DNA of 64,000 nt, taken from positions 1 to 64,000 of the IMG/VR virus record IMGVR_UViG_3300033997_000077, one strand, 5' to 3'. The first letter of the stretch is position 1; each line of letters opens with the position of its first letter. A program made the translations under genes and the position numbers. Origin of the DNA: a virus. Below, in pieces: positions 38,745 to 48,401 of this stretch. The notes under the pieces were generated by a model, which made no database searches, was not told the origin of the DNA, and saw nothing but the letters and a program-made list of their open reading frames with translations.

Positions 38745-39866
38745 ATGAATAAGGTAATGGTCGCATCCATAATGCGCGACGAGGCGCGGAACATAGATGA
38801 CTGGTATGCGAGTGTGCAGCACGCGGACAAGATTGTTCTTGTCGACACTGGATCGTCGGACGACTCAGTGGCACTCGCTGAATACTACGTTGGTATCCAT
38901 CACGACATGACTGTGCTGCGCATGTTGCCTGCTGACTTCGATGGGCCCGTAGCTTACGATGTTGCACGATCAATGGCGTGTGCCGCCGCCGACCACGACA
39001 CCATTTGCATGTGGCTGGATCTTGACGAGCGCTTTATCTCGCGTGGCGTTAAGGACTGGACGGTCGAGATTCGTGAGTTGCCGGATCACGTTGACCTCGT
39101 TAACGTGCAGATGGATTTGCTTGGTGACCAGTCCATCGTCTACAAGCAAGCGAAGGGATTCCGTGGCGGCACCCATTACTGGAAGTACGCCGTGCACGAA
39201 GTGCTGAAGCCTGTTGGGCAACTCAGCGTTCCTCACGAAGCTACAACGTTCAACTCTCTGCACCTGCAAGAGCCGCACAAGAAGTATCGCAGCTTTCATC
39301 TGGATTTGCTGTTGCGCGACTACGCGTGCTTCCCGCACGACGAGCGTGTCCTGTTCTATCTGACCCGCCAGTACGCCTACGCACTGTCTGACATGATTGA
39401 AGATAGCGACGTTCCCGATGAAGCGATCATTGCGTACTACCAGCAGAACGTCAGCCGCTGCTTTGGTCTCCTGCGATCCATTGCACGCTACGATGATTTT
39501 ATCACGTGGGCAGCACTGGAAATCGCTCGGGCTGTGCAGTCCCACTCCATGCTGGCTTCTGAAGGTGCGTTGCATGCAATGATTGCGCATACGTATCGTC
39601 CAGACCGCATCGAAACGCTCGGCCAGCTGTGCATCTCGCACTACTATTCGGGCGAAGACCTTGCATGCGTCGCATTCGGCATACGTTGTATGGAGACAAC
39701 AATGCCCGTAGACAGTAATTTCATGTTCGACTACTCGAACTACTATCTACAGCAAGTTCCGGCGTTTGTGGTCAGATCGCTGGAATCGCTTCAAATGATT
39801 GATAAGGCCCATTTCTATGCACACAAATTCAAAAGAACCGATCTGCTTGAGCGAATCGGCGAGTAG
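38745..39866 (+). CDS. glycosyltransferase family 2 with TPR-like C-terminus
   Basis: IMRDEA..I, VLVDTGSSDDS, YDVARS, WLDLDER (DxD), VHE and R.LFYL.RQY. Confidence 0.85.
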   Translation: MNKVMVASIMRDEARNIDDWYASVQHADKIVLVDTGSSDDSVALAEYYVGIHHDMTVLRMLPADFDGPVAYDVARSMACAAADHDTICMWLDLDERFISRGVKDWTVEIRELPDHVDLVNVQMDLLGDQSIVYKQAKGFRGGTHYWKYAVHEVLKPVGQLSVPHEATTFNSLHLQEPHKKYRSFHLDLLLRDYACFPHDERVLFYLTRQYAYALSDMIEDSDVPDEAIIAYYQQNVSRCFGLLRSIARYDDFITWAALEIARAVQSHSMLASEGALHAMIAHTYRPDRIETLGQLCISHYYSGEDLACVAFGIRCMETTMPVDSNFMFDYSNYYLQQVPAFVVRSLESLQMIDKAHFYAHKFKRTDLLERIGE

Positions 39867-41067
39867 CTGGTGGGACAGCCGTTCTCCTGAGAAGCAACGC
39901 GCCCACATCAAACGCCATCCCAACGGCAAATACGCCAAGATGGTTAAGAACCGCCAACTCGCTCTGAAGCCTCTGAACAAGAACGCGACCTCCAAGAAAG
40001 CAAAGTTCCGCACCCCAGTCGGTGGCTCCAACGTTGACAGAAACGTTGGCGGTGACGATGGTGAAGACGATGCAGGGGAAGACGAGGAAGCAGAAGACGA
40101 AGACGAAAACGAAGACGACGCTGCTCCCGACGTAGACGACTCTGAAAAAGAGCCTGCTGAAGATGAAGAGAAGAAAGACGCCGACTTCGCAGACGAGCCT
40201 GCTGGTTTGCCAGCACCTCGCGAAACTCGCCCGATCCCTCCGCGCTCCGCAATGGCTGACTCTTACCGCAGCTCGTTGCCGGATGCGCTGAAGGCGGGCC
40301 TTCGTGCTTTCTTCAGCACTCTCGACAGTGGCCGTAGTCCCGGCACGCGTGCTGATTTGCGTGACGCGCGCGAAGAGATCAACCGTGGTGACATTCCGGC
40401 AGTGGTCAAGAAGATGAAGCCGAAGTCCCGTGAGGACGAACGCACCCTGACCAGTGCGATCAAAGCAACGTTGCCGATTGCCAAGGTTGCGGCCTACGGT
40501 CTGATTGGGGTCGGTGCCGCGATGGCTGGTGCTGGTGCTATCCCTGCAATTCTGGCGTGCTTCTTTATCAACAGCACCCTGAATGCGGAGAGCATGTCAC
40601 GTTCCGCTGTGTACGCGTCACTATCTGGTGACGAGTGTGACCGACTTGTCGAAACCTTCATGGACTGGGCCGAGGGCCTGAACCTTGACGAGATCCGCAA
40701 GAGCGCTGACAGCGAATTCACCAGCACCAGCAGCACAGGCGTCGAAGTCAAGATTCGCCGTTGCCCGCTCGATTACTACCGTGGCCTTGAAGAGGCGTGT
40801 GGTCGTCGCTACCTGCTCGTAGTAGGTCGCAAGATTCGCGGCTTCCTCATGTGGGACAAGAAGTACGGCACGCCGAACAAAGAAGCAAACGGATGGTACA
40901 GCGTCCTCGTCGATGGCTTCAATGAAAACGCGTATCGCACTGACCGCGATTCCGCTACGCTCGAACCGTACACCGCGATTCACAAAAACGACATCGTGCT
41001 CGTTAATCCCGCCCGCATGCCTTACGAGTTTGCCAAGCAGTGGGCCGTTTCAGTTCTCCGGAGATAA
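39817..41067 (+). CDS. putative head/virion protein with S-x-S site, acidic linker and a hydrophobic segment
   Basis: Probable ATG 39817 after TAAGG. Contains ICLSESASSWWD...Q..HI..HP and GLIGVGAAMAGAGAIPAILACFFI. Confidence 0.65.
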   Translation: MHTNSKEPICLSESASSWWDSRSPEKQRAHIKRHPNGKYAKMVKNRQLALKPLNKNATSKKAKFRTPVGGSNVDRNVGGDDGEDDAGEDEEAEDEDENEDDAAPDVDDSEKEPAEDEEKKDADFADEPAGLPAPRETRPIPPRSAMADSYRSSLPDALKAGLRAFFSTLDSGRSPGTRADLRDAREEINRGDIPAVVKKMKPKSREDERTLTSAIKATLPIAKVAAYGLIGVGAAMAGAGAIPAILACFFINSTLNAESMSRSAVYASLSGDECDRLVETFMDWAEGLNLDEIRKSADSEFTSTSSTGVEVKIRRCPLDYYRGLEEACGRRYLLVVGRKIRGFLMWDKKYGTPNKEANGWYSVLVDGFNENAYRTDRDSATLEPYTAIHKNDIVLVNPARMPYEFAKQWAVSVLRR

Positions 41068-41069
41068 CA

Positions 41070-41861
41070 ATGAGCGAATTTGATTCAGTGAAGGGGGCGT
41101 TCCGCTCCCTGTCCTTTGACGTCGGTGTCACTATCCCGCGTGGCCTTGACTTGCACAAGCTGCAAGCCTCCCGCCAGTCAAAGTCGATTTCAGTTCGCGG
41201 CGAAAGCATGGGCGTTCGCGAATCCGTTAACCTCGACGTGAACACTTGGCTGCCCGCCGCTGCCGAACACTACAACATTAGCCGCGACATTCGTGACTAC
41301 GTGTTGCATCCGACAGTCGTCAACGTGTCTGGCATTCCCAACACCAACGCCGACGGGTTCGGCCTGAAAGATTGGCTGACCTTCCGCCCCGAGTTCGGCA
41401 TGCTGTCCTACAAGACATTCAAAGGCAAGCCCACTTTCATCGAGCACAACAACCAGAACCACCGCGTCGCCCGAGGTGCAATCTTCGATGCGCAAATGTC
41501 GAAGTTGCAGGGCTTCCATAAAGCGCATGGCCGTCTGATTCTGCTGCTCGCCTACGACCGCAACCTTGAGCCCGAGCTGTGCCGCGACATCTTGTCTGGC
41601 GTGCACAACACCTACTCCAAGGGCACTTGGTACAAGGCGTACACCTGCTCGATTTGCGGCGAGACCTTCACTGGTAGCAGCAAGCGCTTGTGCGGTCACG
41701 TTGGCAATCGCGTAATCCGTATGCCGGACGGTCGCCTTGCTTATCGCCAGTGCCACATTCTCGAAGGCTTCGAAACCAGTGCGGTTCGCAATCCGGCCTT
41801 CGTGTGCGCATCCCCCGATCCCAAATCCGTAATGGATCCTCGCAATAAGGAACGTTGGTAA
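41070..41861 (+). CDS. prohead (capsid maturation) protease, HK97-gp4/assemblin-like, with Zn-ribbon insert
   Basis: GGAG RBS then ATG 41070. PN.N.DGF, F.GKP...EH (His), YSKG (Ser), CSICG...C.H and ETSAV.NPA. Confidence 0.75.
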   Translation: MSEFDSVKGAFRSLSFDVGVTIPRGLDLHKLQASRQSKSISVRGESMGVRESVNLDVNTWLPAAAEHYNISRDIRDYVLHPTVVNVSGIPNTNADGFGLKDWLTFRPEFGMLSYKTFKGKPTFIEHNNQNHRVARGAIFDAQMSKLQGFHKAHGRLILLLAYDRNLEPELCRDILSGVHNTYSKGTWYKAYTCSICGETFTGSSKRLCGHVGNRVIRMPDGRLAYRQCHILEGFETSAVRNPAFVCASPDPKSVMDPRNKERW

Positions 41862-44800
41862 TGGGTGTAAAACTTTATTACGGCGTGGCCCCCGCTCAAC
41901 TGGGGCCGTTCACCGTGCAGCCCCAGAGCGTTTGGTTCGAGGGCAATCTGCGCAACATCAAGGGGCAGCAATTCATCGAGTGCGCGGTCGAAGGCAACAA
42001 CAAGGTCGCTCCCGTTGCGCGGGCCATTGTTGAAGCCATTGCCGAACAGTCGATGAACTTCAGCTTCGGTGTCGATGACATCTGGCCGGACGGCATTGCA
42101 CTGGATCCCGCACTGGAAGCAGAAGTAGCGGCCAGCATTCCGGATCCTGAGCCTGCCAAGCCTGAGCCTGTGCCGGAATCCGCCAAGCCGCAACAGCCTG
42201 TGCCTGCTGACGTGAACAGCGATTCGCTGGGCCTCGCTATCGCGGCAATCTCTACTGACGTGCTGACTTCCCGTGACCGTCGCGGCATGCACCTCGCCGT
42301 CATGATCGATGGTAAAGTGCGTGAGATCATGCACGACTACGGAATGAGTGACGTTGTTCGCCACCCCAACTTCAAAGATCTGGCTACTCTGTTCGATGAA
42401 GCGGTGAACGACGCATTCAACGTTGGCGGTTACGCGTTGGAAGACCTACCGCCCGCCTGCGCGCCCTACATCATGGCGTGGCAAGCCGAAATCTCGGGCC
42501 TTCCCGAAGATTTCTTCTCTCTGCTCTACCAGTTCACCAACGTGATTGAGTTTGCGTTGAACTCCACGGCGCGCATGACGTACCCGAACATCCCACGGTA
42601 CAAGGTAATCCGCGAGTATCTGGTGAACGCCACCCGTAACCAGTACAGCTACTTCGAAAGCCTGATGCCGCGTTACATGGTGGGCAAAGTTCGTCAGGAC
42701 TACAACCGCAACGCCAGCGGCAACATGTTCGATGATATGCGGGTAGCCGAGCGCTGCCTCCGTACACTCAGCGACTACGTTGACCAGATGGAAACCTTCT
42801 ATCGTGACGTGCCGAAGACTCCGACTGGTGCGTACCCCGAGTGGTTCGCCTTGCGTTACATCTGCTCGTTTATCGACGGCGGCTGCGAAGGCGTTGTACC
42901 ATTCTCCAGTATGCGGAACTCTCCGGCCAACACGCAGGAAGAGATGGATCCTATTTGCCGCTGGTTCGTCGACACTCTGATTTCCATCGAGCCCAACAAA
43001 CATGTGACTCACGTAGCGAATGCGTTGTCCGTGATTATGCGCATGGCACCGGAGACCAGAACCGAAGGCTACGATCCTGCTGAAGATCGCCGTTGGCCCG
43101 CCATCGCTTCCCTCTACCGTTTCCTCAAGAACGGCGTGTGGGAGAAGTATGCCACGGCAGGCAACGCGGTAACCGAAACCTGCGAAGCTGAATTGAACCG
43201 GATGATCGAGGCGGCTGCACCTACGCAGAACGTTACGGTGTACGGCTACCAGCCCGCGAACATTCACGCCAGCAAGATTCGTAACTACGCGAACGAGGCA
43301 CTGAAGAAGGGTAACATCTACTCCGCTCCGGTTATCACATTCATCAACGACGGCATGGTCGGCGTCAATCCGCTTAGCTCCATTGCGGTCAACACGTTCG
43401 ATGAATTGTGGGAGCATGTTGAGTGGATGCTGAAAGAGTTCGCTGCCCAGCGTCTTGTTCAGTACCGCGAATCCTCAGTCGGGAAAGTCGAGAATGCTCC
43501 GCGCGACCTCACTATCAGCGACGTGCTGGATCAGATTGGTGCTGCCCGCGACCTGACTGCTCAATGGCGTCCGTTCGGTATGCGCCCCACTCAGTTCGAG
43601 ACCCAAGCGCGGGGTCTGGGACTTCGTGCAGTGCTCGCCAGCAAGTTCTCCAACTGGTACAACGAAGTTGATCTGAAGGTCATTGCCGAAACCATCGTGC
43701 GTGAAGCCTCCGAGAAGTTGGACAAGATCAAGTCTGCCCCGACTCCCGAGGAACAGTGGAACGACATCGTGGCCGAAACACGCGGCATGTTCATCGTGCA
43801 GCGTCCGGCGAACCTTGAGCAGCTGACCCTCACCAACATTGACGAGTGGGAACGCGCTACTACGCATCTGCGCAAGATGGGCGACTTGCTTTATGAAGCT
43901 CTCGGTGACGAGCTGGATGTGAGTATCACGCGTCAGGCGTTCGTTGACCTCGGCCTGCTTGCTCCGAACCTTTCGTTCGAGCAGTACATGGACGCCGCCG
44001 TCTGTATCGCGCGCCTTTACAACAAGCGTGCAAACTCTCCGCTGTCTCCGCGTGAAAGCGCGTTGAAGGGTTTGACCGCTGTTTACGACATGCTGTCAGA
44101 CCTGCGTCCGATTGGGAAGACGGCGCGCGAAGGTCGCTCGACTGCACCGCAGCGCTACCGCGATGTCTTCAGCCGTGTGCGTAACCTGAACATTGACGAT
44201 AAGGCGCTCGCCGATTTCATCAAGCAGTGCTTCCCAGTAGAGGATGACTTCGGCGACTTCACGTTCAAGTTCATCAACGCAATGTCCCTCACTGGGATGC
44301 GCCCTATGGCAAAGATTGCCCCATCGCTGACTGACATGCGTGACTACAATCAAGTCCTGCTTGAGTGGCGCGCTAAGTTCCGTGATCGTGCAACCGACAT
44401 CGACCAAGAGCGCTATGGCAAGTGGTGGGATGACTACATGAGCGGCGGCAGCGAGGCTTACCTGCCTATCAACATGCGTATGGGGTGGGACGAAGTAGCG
44501 GCTCTGATTCAGAGCTGCGCTGCACGTTCTTCACTGCGCAGTGAACCAGAGTTGCGTGGCTTCATCGAGAACCTGTGCTCTGAGCTGATGGAAATGGCGA
44601 ACTACATGCGCCCGCTGTTTATGACTCCGATCCGCTGGGGTGAAGTTGCGCCGAAGCCGTTCTACTACGCAATCGAATCGCTGACCGACATTGTGGACGG
44701 TACGGCCTACGGTACAGTGAACGTGAACAACCTGCTGAAAGCCGCGCTGCCCAAAACCGGAACCGGAACAGACATCGAAATTGAGATTGCTGGGATGGTT

Positions 44801-46000
44801 GCACAGTTGAACGGCATTGCCAATCAGCGTGTTCGTATGCGCCGTGGTGCGTCCATGCTTCACGACTTGCGGATGCGTGCTGCCCAAGACCCGCTGGTTT
44901 ATTCCAAGTGGGAAGGCGCGTTCAGCGAGTTCAAGCACGCTCCGGTCACAGGCTTAACCACCACAATGATGTTCGATAGCTTGCTGGCGAAAGCCAACTC
45001 GTTTGTTGACGAACTCATTGGGGATCAGAAGGGCACCACTGAGCAGATTGCTGGTCACATGGTCGACGCCATCCAAGCTGTATTGGAAGCCGCCATTGAA
45101 ATGCGTCCGCTCGATATGTCGGCCACCGCGTGGAACGATCTGAAGATGCGTGCGCAGGTAGCACCTGCAATCCGTGGGGCAACCACTCAGCTGCGTGCGT
45201 TCCTCAGTGTGCCAGAGAACGTAATCAACCACGTGCTCAAACGTTGGGTCAGCAGTATCAGCGACCGCGACCGCTACGGCAAAGACGGTCAGCCGCAGTC
45301 AGTGCCACGTGCGAAAGAAGGCAAAATCTCCTACACATCGTTCGACGAAGGTAGCGGAGATGCCGAGTATCGCATGGTTGTTCCCAGCACGCCGCCAACT
45401 GGTGTCGACAACGCTGAAGTGTTCACTGGCAGCGTAAGCTATCAGGCGAACAAAATCTTCGAAGCTGCATTGCGTCAAGGCTTTAACGGCGGTCGCACCT
45501 ATCGCCTGCCTGACGAAATTCTGGAAGACCTTGCGAAGCACAGCAAATGCTTGGGCATTACCCGCAAACTTCCGGCAGGCAACTTTGTCGTGGTAGGCAC
45601 TGAAGGTTCGGGCGCAACGTGTATTGCAACGTTCAACAGTGGTGGTCGCATGGTTTCCGTTATCTACGTCAACATGGCGGAAATCGCGCAGCATCTCGGT
45701 GGAGCAAACACGCAGTCTGTGCTGCATGCTTTGACTCACGAATTCGCGCACTACTTCCACAAGGGCCTGAAGGGTACAGCGCTGTTGGATTGGAAGAAAG
45801 CTACCAGCGGGCGCAAACTTCACCCTGCGCAAGGACGTGACGCCTACGCGTTCGATACCGAGCAGTTTGCGATTCTGGCGGAAACAATGGTGTGCGGCAA
45901 CAGCGTTCGCGGCCTATACAACTGCAACGGCATCAACGTTGTAGAACGTTTCTTTGTGAACAATTTCATTACTCCGGAGGATAGGCAGAAACTTGCATGA
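41861..46000 (+). CDS. giant helical protein with C-terminal zincin metallopeptidase motif
   Basis: TAATG coupling to the protease. About 1380 aa, with LTHEFAHYF...EQFA.LAE near the C-terminus. Confidence 0.7.
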   Translation: MGVKLYYGVAPAQLGPFTVQPQSVWFEGNLRNIKGQQFIECAVEGNNKVAPVARAIVEAIAEQSMNFSFGVDDIWPDGIALDPALEAEVAASIPDPEPAKPEPVPESAKPQQPVPADVNSDSLGLAIAAISTDVLTSRDRRGMHLAVMIDGKVREIMHDYGMSDVVRHPNFKDLATLFDEAVNDAFNVGGYALEDLPPACAPYIMAWQAEISGLPEDFFSLLYQFTNVIEFALNSTARMTYPNIPRYKVIREYLVNATRNQYSYFESLMPRYMVGKVRQDYNRNASGNMFDDMRVAERCLRTLSDYVDQMETFYRDVPKTPTGAYPEWFALRYICSFIDGGCEGVVPFSSMRNSPANTQEEMDPICRWFVDTLISIEPNKHVTHVANALSVIMRMAPETRTEGYDPAEDRRWPAIASLYRFLKNGVWEKYATAGNAVTETCEAELNRMIEAAAPTQNVTVYGYQPANIHASKIRNYANEALKKGNIYSAPVITFINDGMVGVNPLSSIAVNTFDELWEHVEWMLKEFAAQRLVQYRESSVGKVENAPRDLTISDVLDQIGAARDLTAQWRPFGMRPTQFETQARGLGLRAVLASKFSNWYNEVDLKVIAETIVREASEKLDKIKSAPTPEEQWNDIVAETRGMFIVQRPANLEQLTLTNIDEWERATTHLRKMGDLLYEALGDELDVSITRQAFVDLGLLAPNLSFEQYMDAAVCIARLYNKRANSPLSPRESALKGLTAVYDMLSDLRPIGKTAREGRSTAPQRYRDVFSRVRNLNIDDKALADFIKQCFPVEDDFGDFTFKFINAMSLTGMRPMAKIAPSLTDMRDYNQVLLEWRAKFRDRATDIDQERYGKWWDDYMSGGSEAYLPINMRMGWDEVAALIQSCAARSSLRSEPELRGFIENLCSELMEMANYMRPLFMTPIRWGEVAPKPFYYAIESLTDIVDGTAYGTVNVNNLLKAALPKTGTGTDIEIEIAGMVAQLNGIANQRVRMRRGASMLHDLRMRAAQDPLVYSKWEGAFSEFKHAPVTGLTTTMMFDSLLAKANSFVDELIGDQKGTTEQIAGHMVDAIQAVLEAAIEMRPLDMSATAWNDLKMRAQVAPAIRGATTQLRAFLSVPENVINHVLKRWVSSISDRDRYGKDGQPQSVPRAKEGKISYTSFDEGSGDAEYRMVVPSTPPTGVDNAEVFTGSVSYQANKIFEAALRQGFNGGRTYRLPDEILEDLAKHSKCLGITRKLPAGNFVVVGTEGSGATCIATFNSGGRMVSVIYVNMAEIAQHLGGANTQSVLHALTHEFAHYFHKGLKGTALLDWKKATSGRKLHPAQGRDAYAFDTEQFAILAETMVCGNSVRGLYNCNGINVVERFFVNNFITPEDRQKLA

Positions 46001-46045
46001 TATAATTTAAGCGTGGCCCAAAACAAACCACCATGAGGAAGTCCC

Positions 46046-48340
46046 ATGTCTAAGCTCTACAAAGGCATAGTCGTGGCAGCTAACAGCAAGGCGGGAGTTG
46101 TAGCAGCGTTTTCCGACGTTGCTACTGGGAAGAATGCGCGTTTCATGGCATCGGAATCCGGTGCCGTGTTCGCAACTAACGGCATTGCCTATGACCCGTG
46201 CGGTTACGGTACTGTACGTGATTTTGATGGGGTGGAGGATATGGAATTCGCCTCTGCTAGTGCGGAAGCGGAAGCTAACCTGACTGTGTGTCTGGACGGC
46301 TGCCAAAACTTCATCCTGTCTGAATCACAGTTGCAACGTTGCCCTTCCTGCTCCGCAGCCCTCACCGCAAGCGAGGAAGATATTCACGACCTCGTTTTCG
46401 GCTCTGAGTCTGACGCCCTGCTGCAAGGTAGCGACCCTCTGTTCTGCGGAACTGAAGAGCAAGCCGCTGCTTTTGCCCGTGCACTGCGCACAGGCATCGT
46501 GCCATCGTTGTCGGGGGAACTCGCAACGTTGAACTATGACCCGTACAGCGGTCAAGAGTCGGTACGAAGCTGCTCCAACGTTGCTGAATTCAGCGGCGTG
46601 TTTCACAAATTCAAGTGCGCTGCTGGTTGCAGCCACCCCGTAACGTTGTCCACTTCGGCGGACATTGTTTTCTGCGCTCACTGTAACGCTCCCCTTGAGG
46701 AACCCGAGAACATGATCAAGAAAATTGGAAGAATTGATCAGCGTTTGCACGTCTTCGCTCCGTCAGTGTCCGGTGCCCTTAACGGGCTGCGTGATCTGCT
46801 GATCAACGGCGCGGCTGGCGCAAACCACTTCGATCACAAGAACCCCGACGAGAACTTCATCTCCAACTCCGCCTGTGCGTTCAACCCGTACACTGGTAAC
46901 AACGTTGCCAGCCGCGTAGTTGATTCTCTGTCCGGTACTGGTGCTGAAATCGCGCACGACGCGCTGAACATCCACCTGTTCAAGTGCCACGATGGTTGCG
47001 GTTTCATGGCGTGCAGCTCTGCTGATGCCAACTTCTGCTCCGAGTGTGACGCTCCGCTGGTAGAGCCGAGCGAAGAAGATCTGGCTGACCTGCCTGCTGC
47101 CGACACCGTTGGCGACGACTCTTCCCTCGAAGATCTGGAATCCGATCTGGCCGAGCTGGACGCTGACGAAGAAGACCTGCTGTCTGCTTCCGGCGAGGAA
47201 GAAGAGTTCGAAGACGAGGAAGAAGAAGACCTCGAATTCGACGACGGCGACGAAGGTGACTTCGACGAATCCAGCCTCTCCGGTGACGACTACGACGACG
47301 AAGATGAAGGCGACGATATGCCTGACTTCGACGACGAAGACGACGAAGAGGAGGACGAAGAGGACGAAGAGTCCGACTTCGAAGCCGAAGGCGACTTCTC
47401 TCTGGAATCCACTTCCGGCGACGAAGGTGGCGAAGATGGCGGTGAAGATACCGACACTATGCTGACCGACGACGAGCTGGCCGAGCTGGATTTTGAAGGC
47501 GAAGACGATGACATGGAATCCGAGAGTTCGGTAATTTCTATCAGCGCGGCGGAAGCCTTGGTAGCTGATGCGGAATTCAACCTCGACTCCTTGTCCTGTG
47601 TGTTCGACGGTAAGAGCCGTTACCATGCGATCTACGACAACCTGCCGCTGGGTTCCCTGAACCTGACTGCTCTGTCTGCCGCATTGGGTGACGAAGACAA
47701 GGCCAAAGTTCTGTTCCGCAACGGTACTCTGCCTTCAATCCTCAGCGCCTCCGCACGCGAGAACGGTCTGGAGCAGGCTCTGACCGACTTGGGCTTTACT
47801 CCGGTTGAGTTCAACGTTAGCGTCAGCAACGTTCTGCAACAACGTGCAAGCAAGTCCGCTGACGAGCGTGCCGACCGTCTGCAAAACGAAATCAACACCA
47901 TCGTTGCAGATACCACTGAGCGCTACCAAGCCAGCGTCAGCACCGCGATGATCGGTCTGACTCGCGGCTTCTGGAAGCAGGATGACAACGCTGTTGCCTC
48001 CGCTCTGGTGAACAAGATGGTTGCAAGCGGCATGAGCCTGAGCAGTGCCCGTGAGATGGTAACCTCGGCGTTCGCCGAGCAGGGTGCCGAACTGATGGCA
48101 ACCGTATTCTCCCGCGCGCAGTCTCTGAGTGCGATGTCTGTCGAAGGCTACAACGAAGTAAGCCGTGCCATCGAAGACATCAACGTTGCCTCTGTTTCTT
48201 CCGGTGCTGTAGAAATCGGCAAAGTTGTGCGCAAGCCAGCTGACGCCACCAACACCGAAGTCAAGATTGCCTCCAACTCTTCTGACGCTCTCGCATGGGA
48301 ACAGAAGATGGCGGCCCTCGGTCTGAATAACCGTCGCTGA
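46046..48340 (+). CDS. putative head scaffold/core protein (3 Cys4 repeats, acidic linker, helical C-domain)
   Basis: Lies between the protease and MCP. Highly acidic, about 25 S-x-S motifs. GAGG RBS. Confidence 0.7.
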   Translation: MSKLYKGIVVAANSKAGVVAAFSDVATGKNARFMASESGAVFATNGIAYDPCGYGTVRDFDGVEDMEFASASAEAEANLTVCLDGCQNFILSESQLQRCPSCSAALTASEEDIHDLVFGSESDALLQGSDPLFCGTEEQAAAFARALRTGIVPSLSGELATLNYDPYSGQESVRSCSNVAEFSGVFHKFKCAAGCSHPVTLSTSADIVFCAHCNAPLEEPENMIKKIGRIDQRLHVFAPSVSGALNGLRDLLINGAAGANHFDHKNPDENFISNSACAFNPYTGNNVASRVVDSLSGTGAEIAHDALNIHLFKCHDGCGFMACSSADANFCSECDAPLVEPSEEDLADLPAADTVGDDSSLEDLESDLAELDADEEDLLSASGEEEEFEDEEEEDLEFDDGDEGDFDESSLSGDDYDDEDEGDDMPDFDDEDDEEEDEEDEESDFEAEGDFSLESTSGDEGGEDGGEDTDTMLTDDELAELDFEGEDDDMESESSVISISAAEALVADAEFNLDSLSCVFDGKSRYHAIYDNLPLGSLNLTALSAALGDEDKAKVLFRNGTLPSILSASARENGLEQALTDLGFTPVEFNVSVSNVLQQRASKSADERADRLQNEINTIVADTTERYQASVSTAMIGLTRGFWKQDDNAVASALVNKMVASGMSLSSAREMVTSAFAEQGAELMATVFSRAQSLSAMSVEGYNEVSRAIEDINVASVSSGAVEIGKVVRKPADATNTEVKIASNSSDALAWEQKMAALGLNNRR

Positions 48341-48346
48341 TAAATG

Positions 48347-48369
48347 TGGGCACTGTTACGCGGTGCCCA
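48347..48369 (+). promoter_or_regulatory. intergenic hairpin without U-tract (possible mRNA processing/stability element)
   Basis: TGGGCACTG-TTACG-CGGTGCCCA. Confidence 0.45.
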
Positions 48370-48401
48370 GTAACCATTAAGTCCTACAAGGAATCTATAG
48401 C

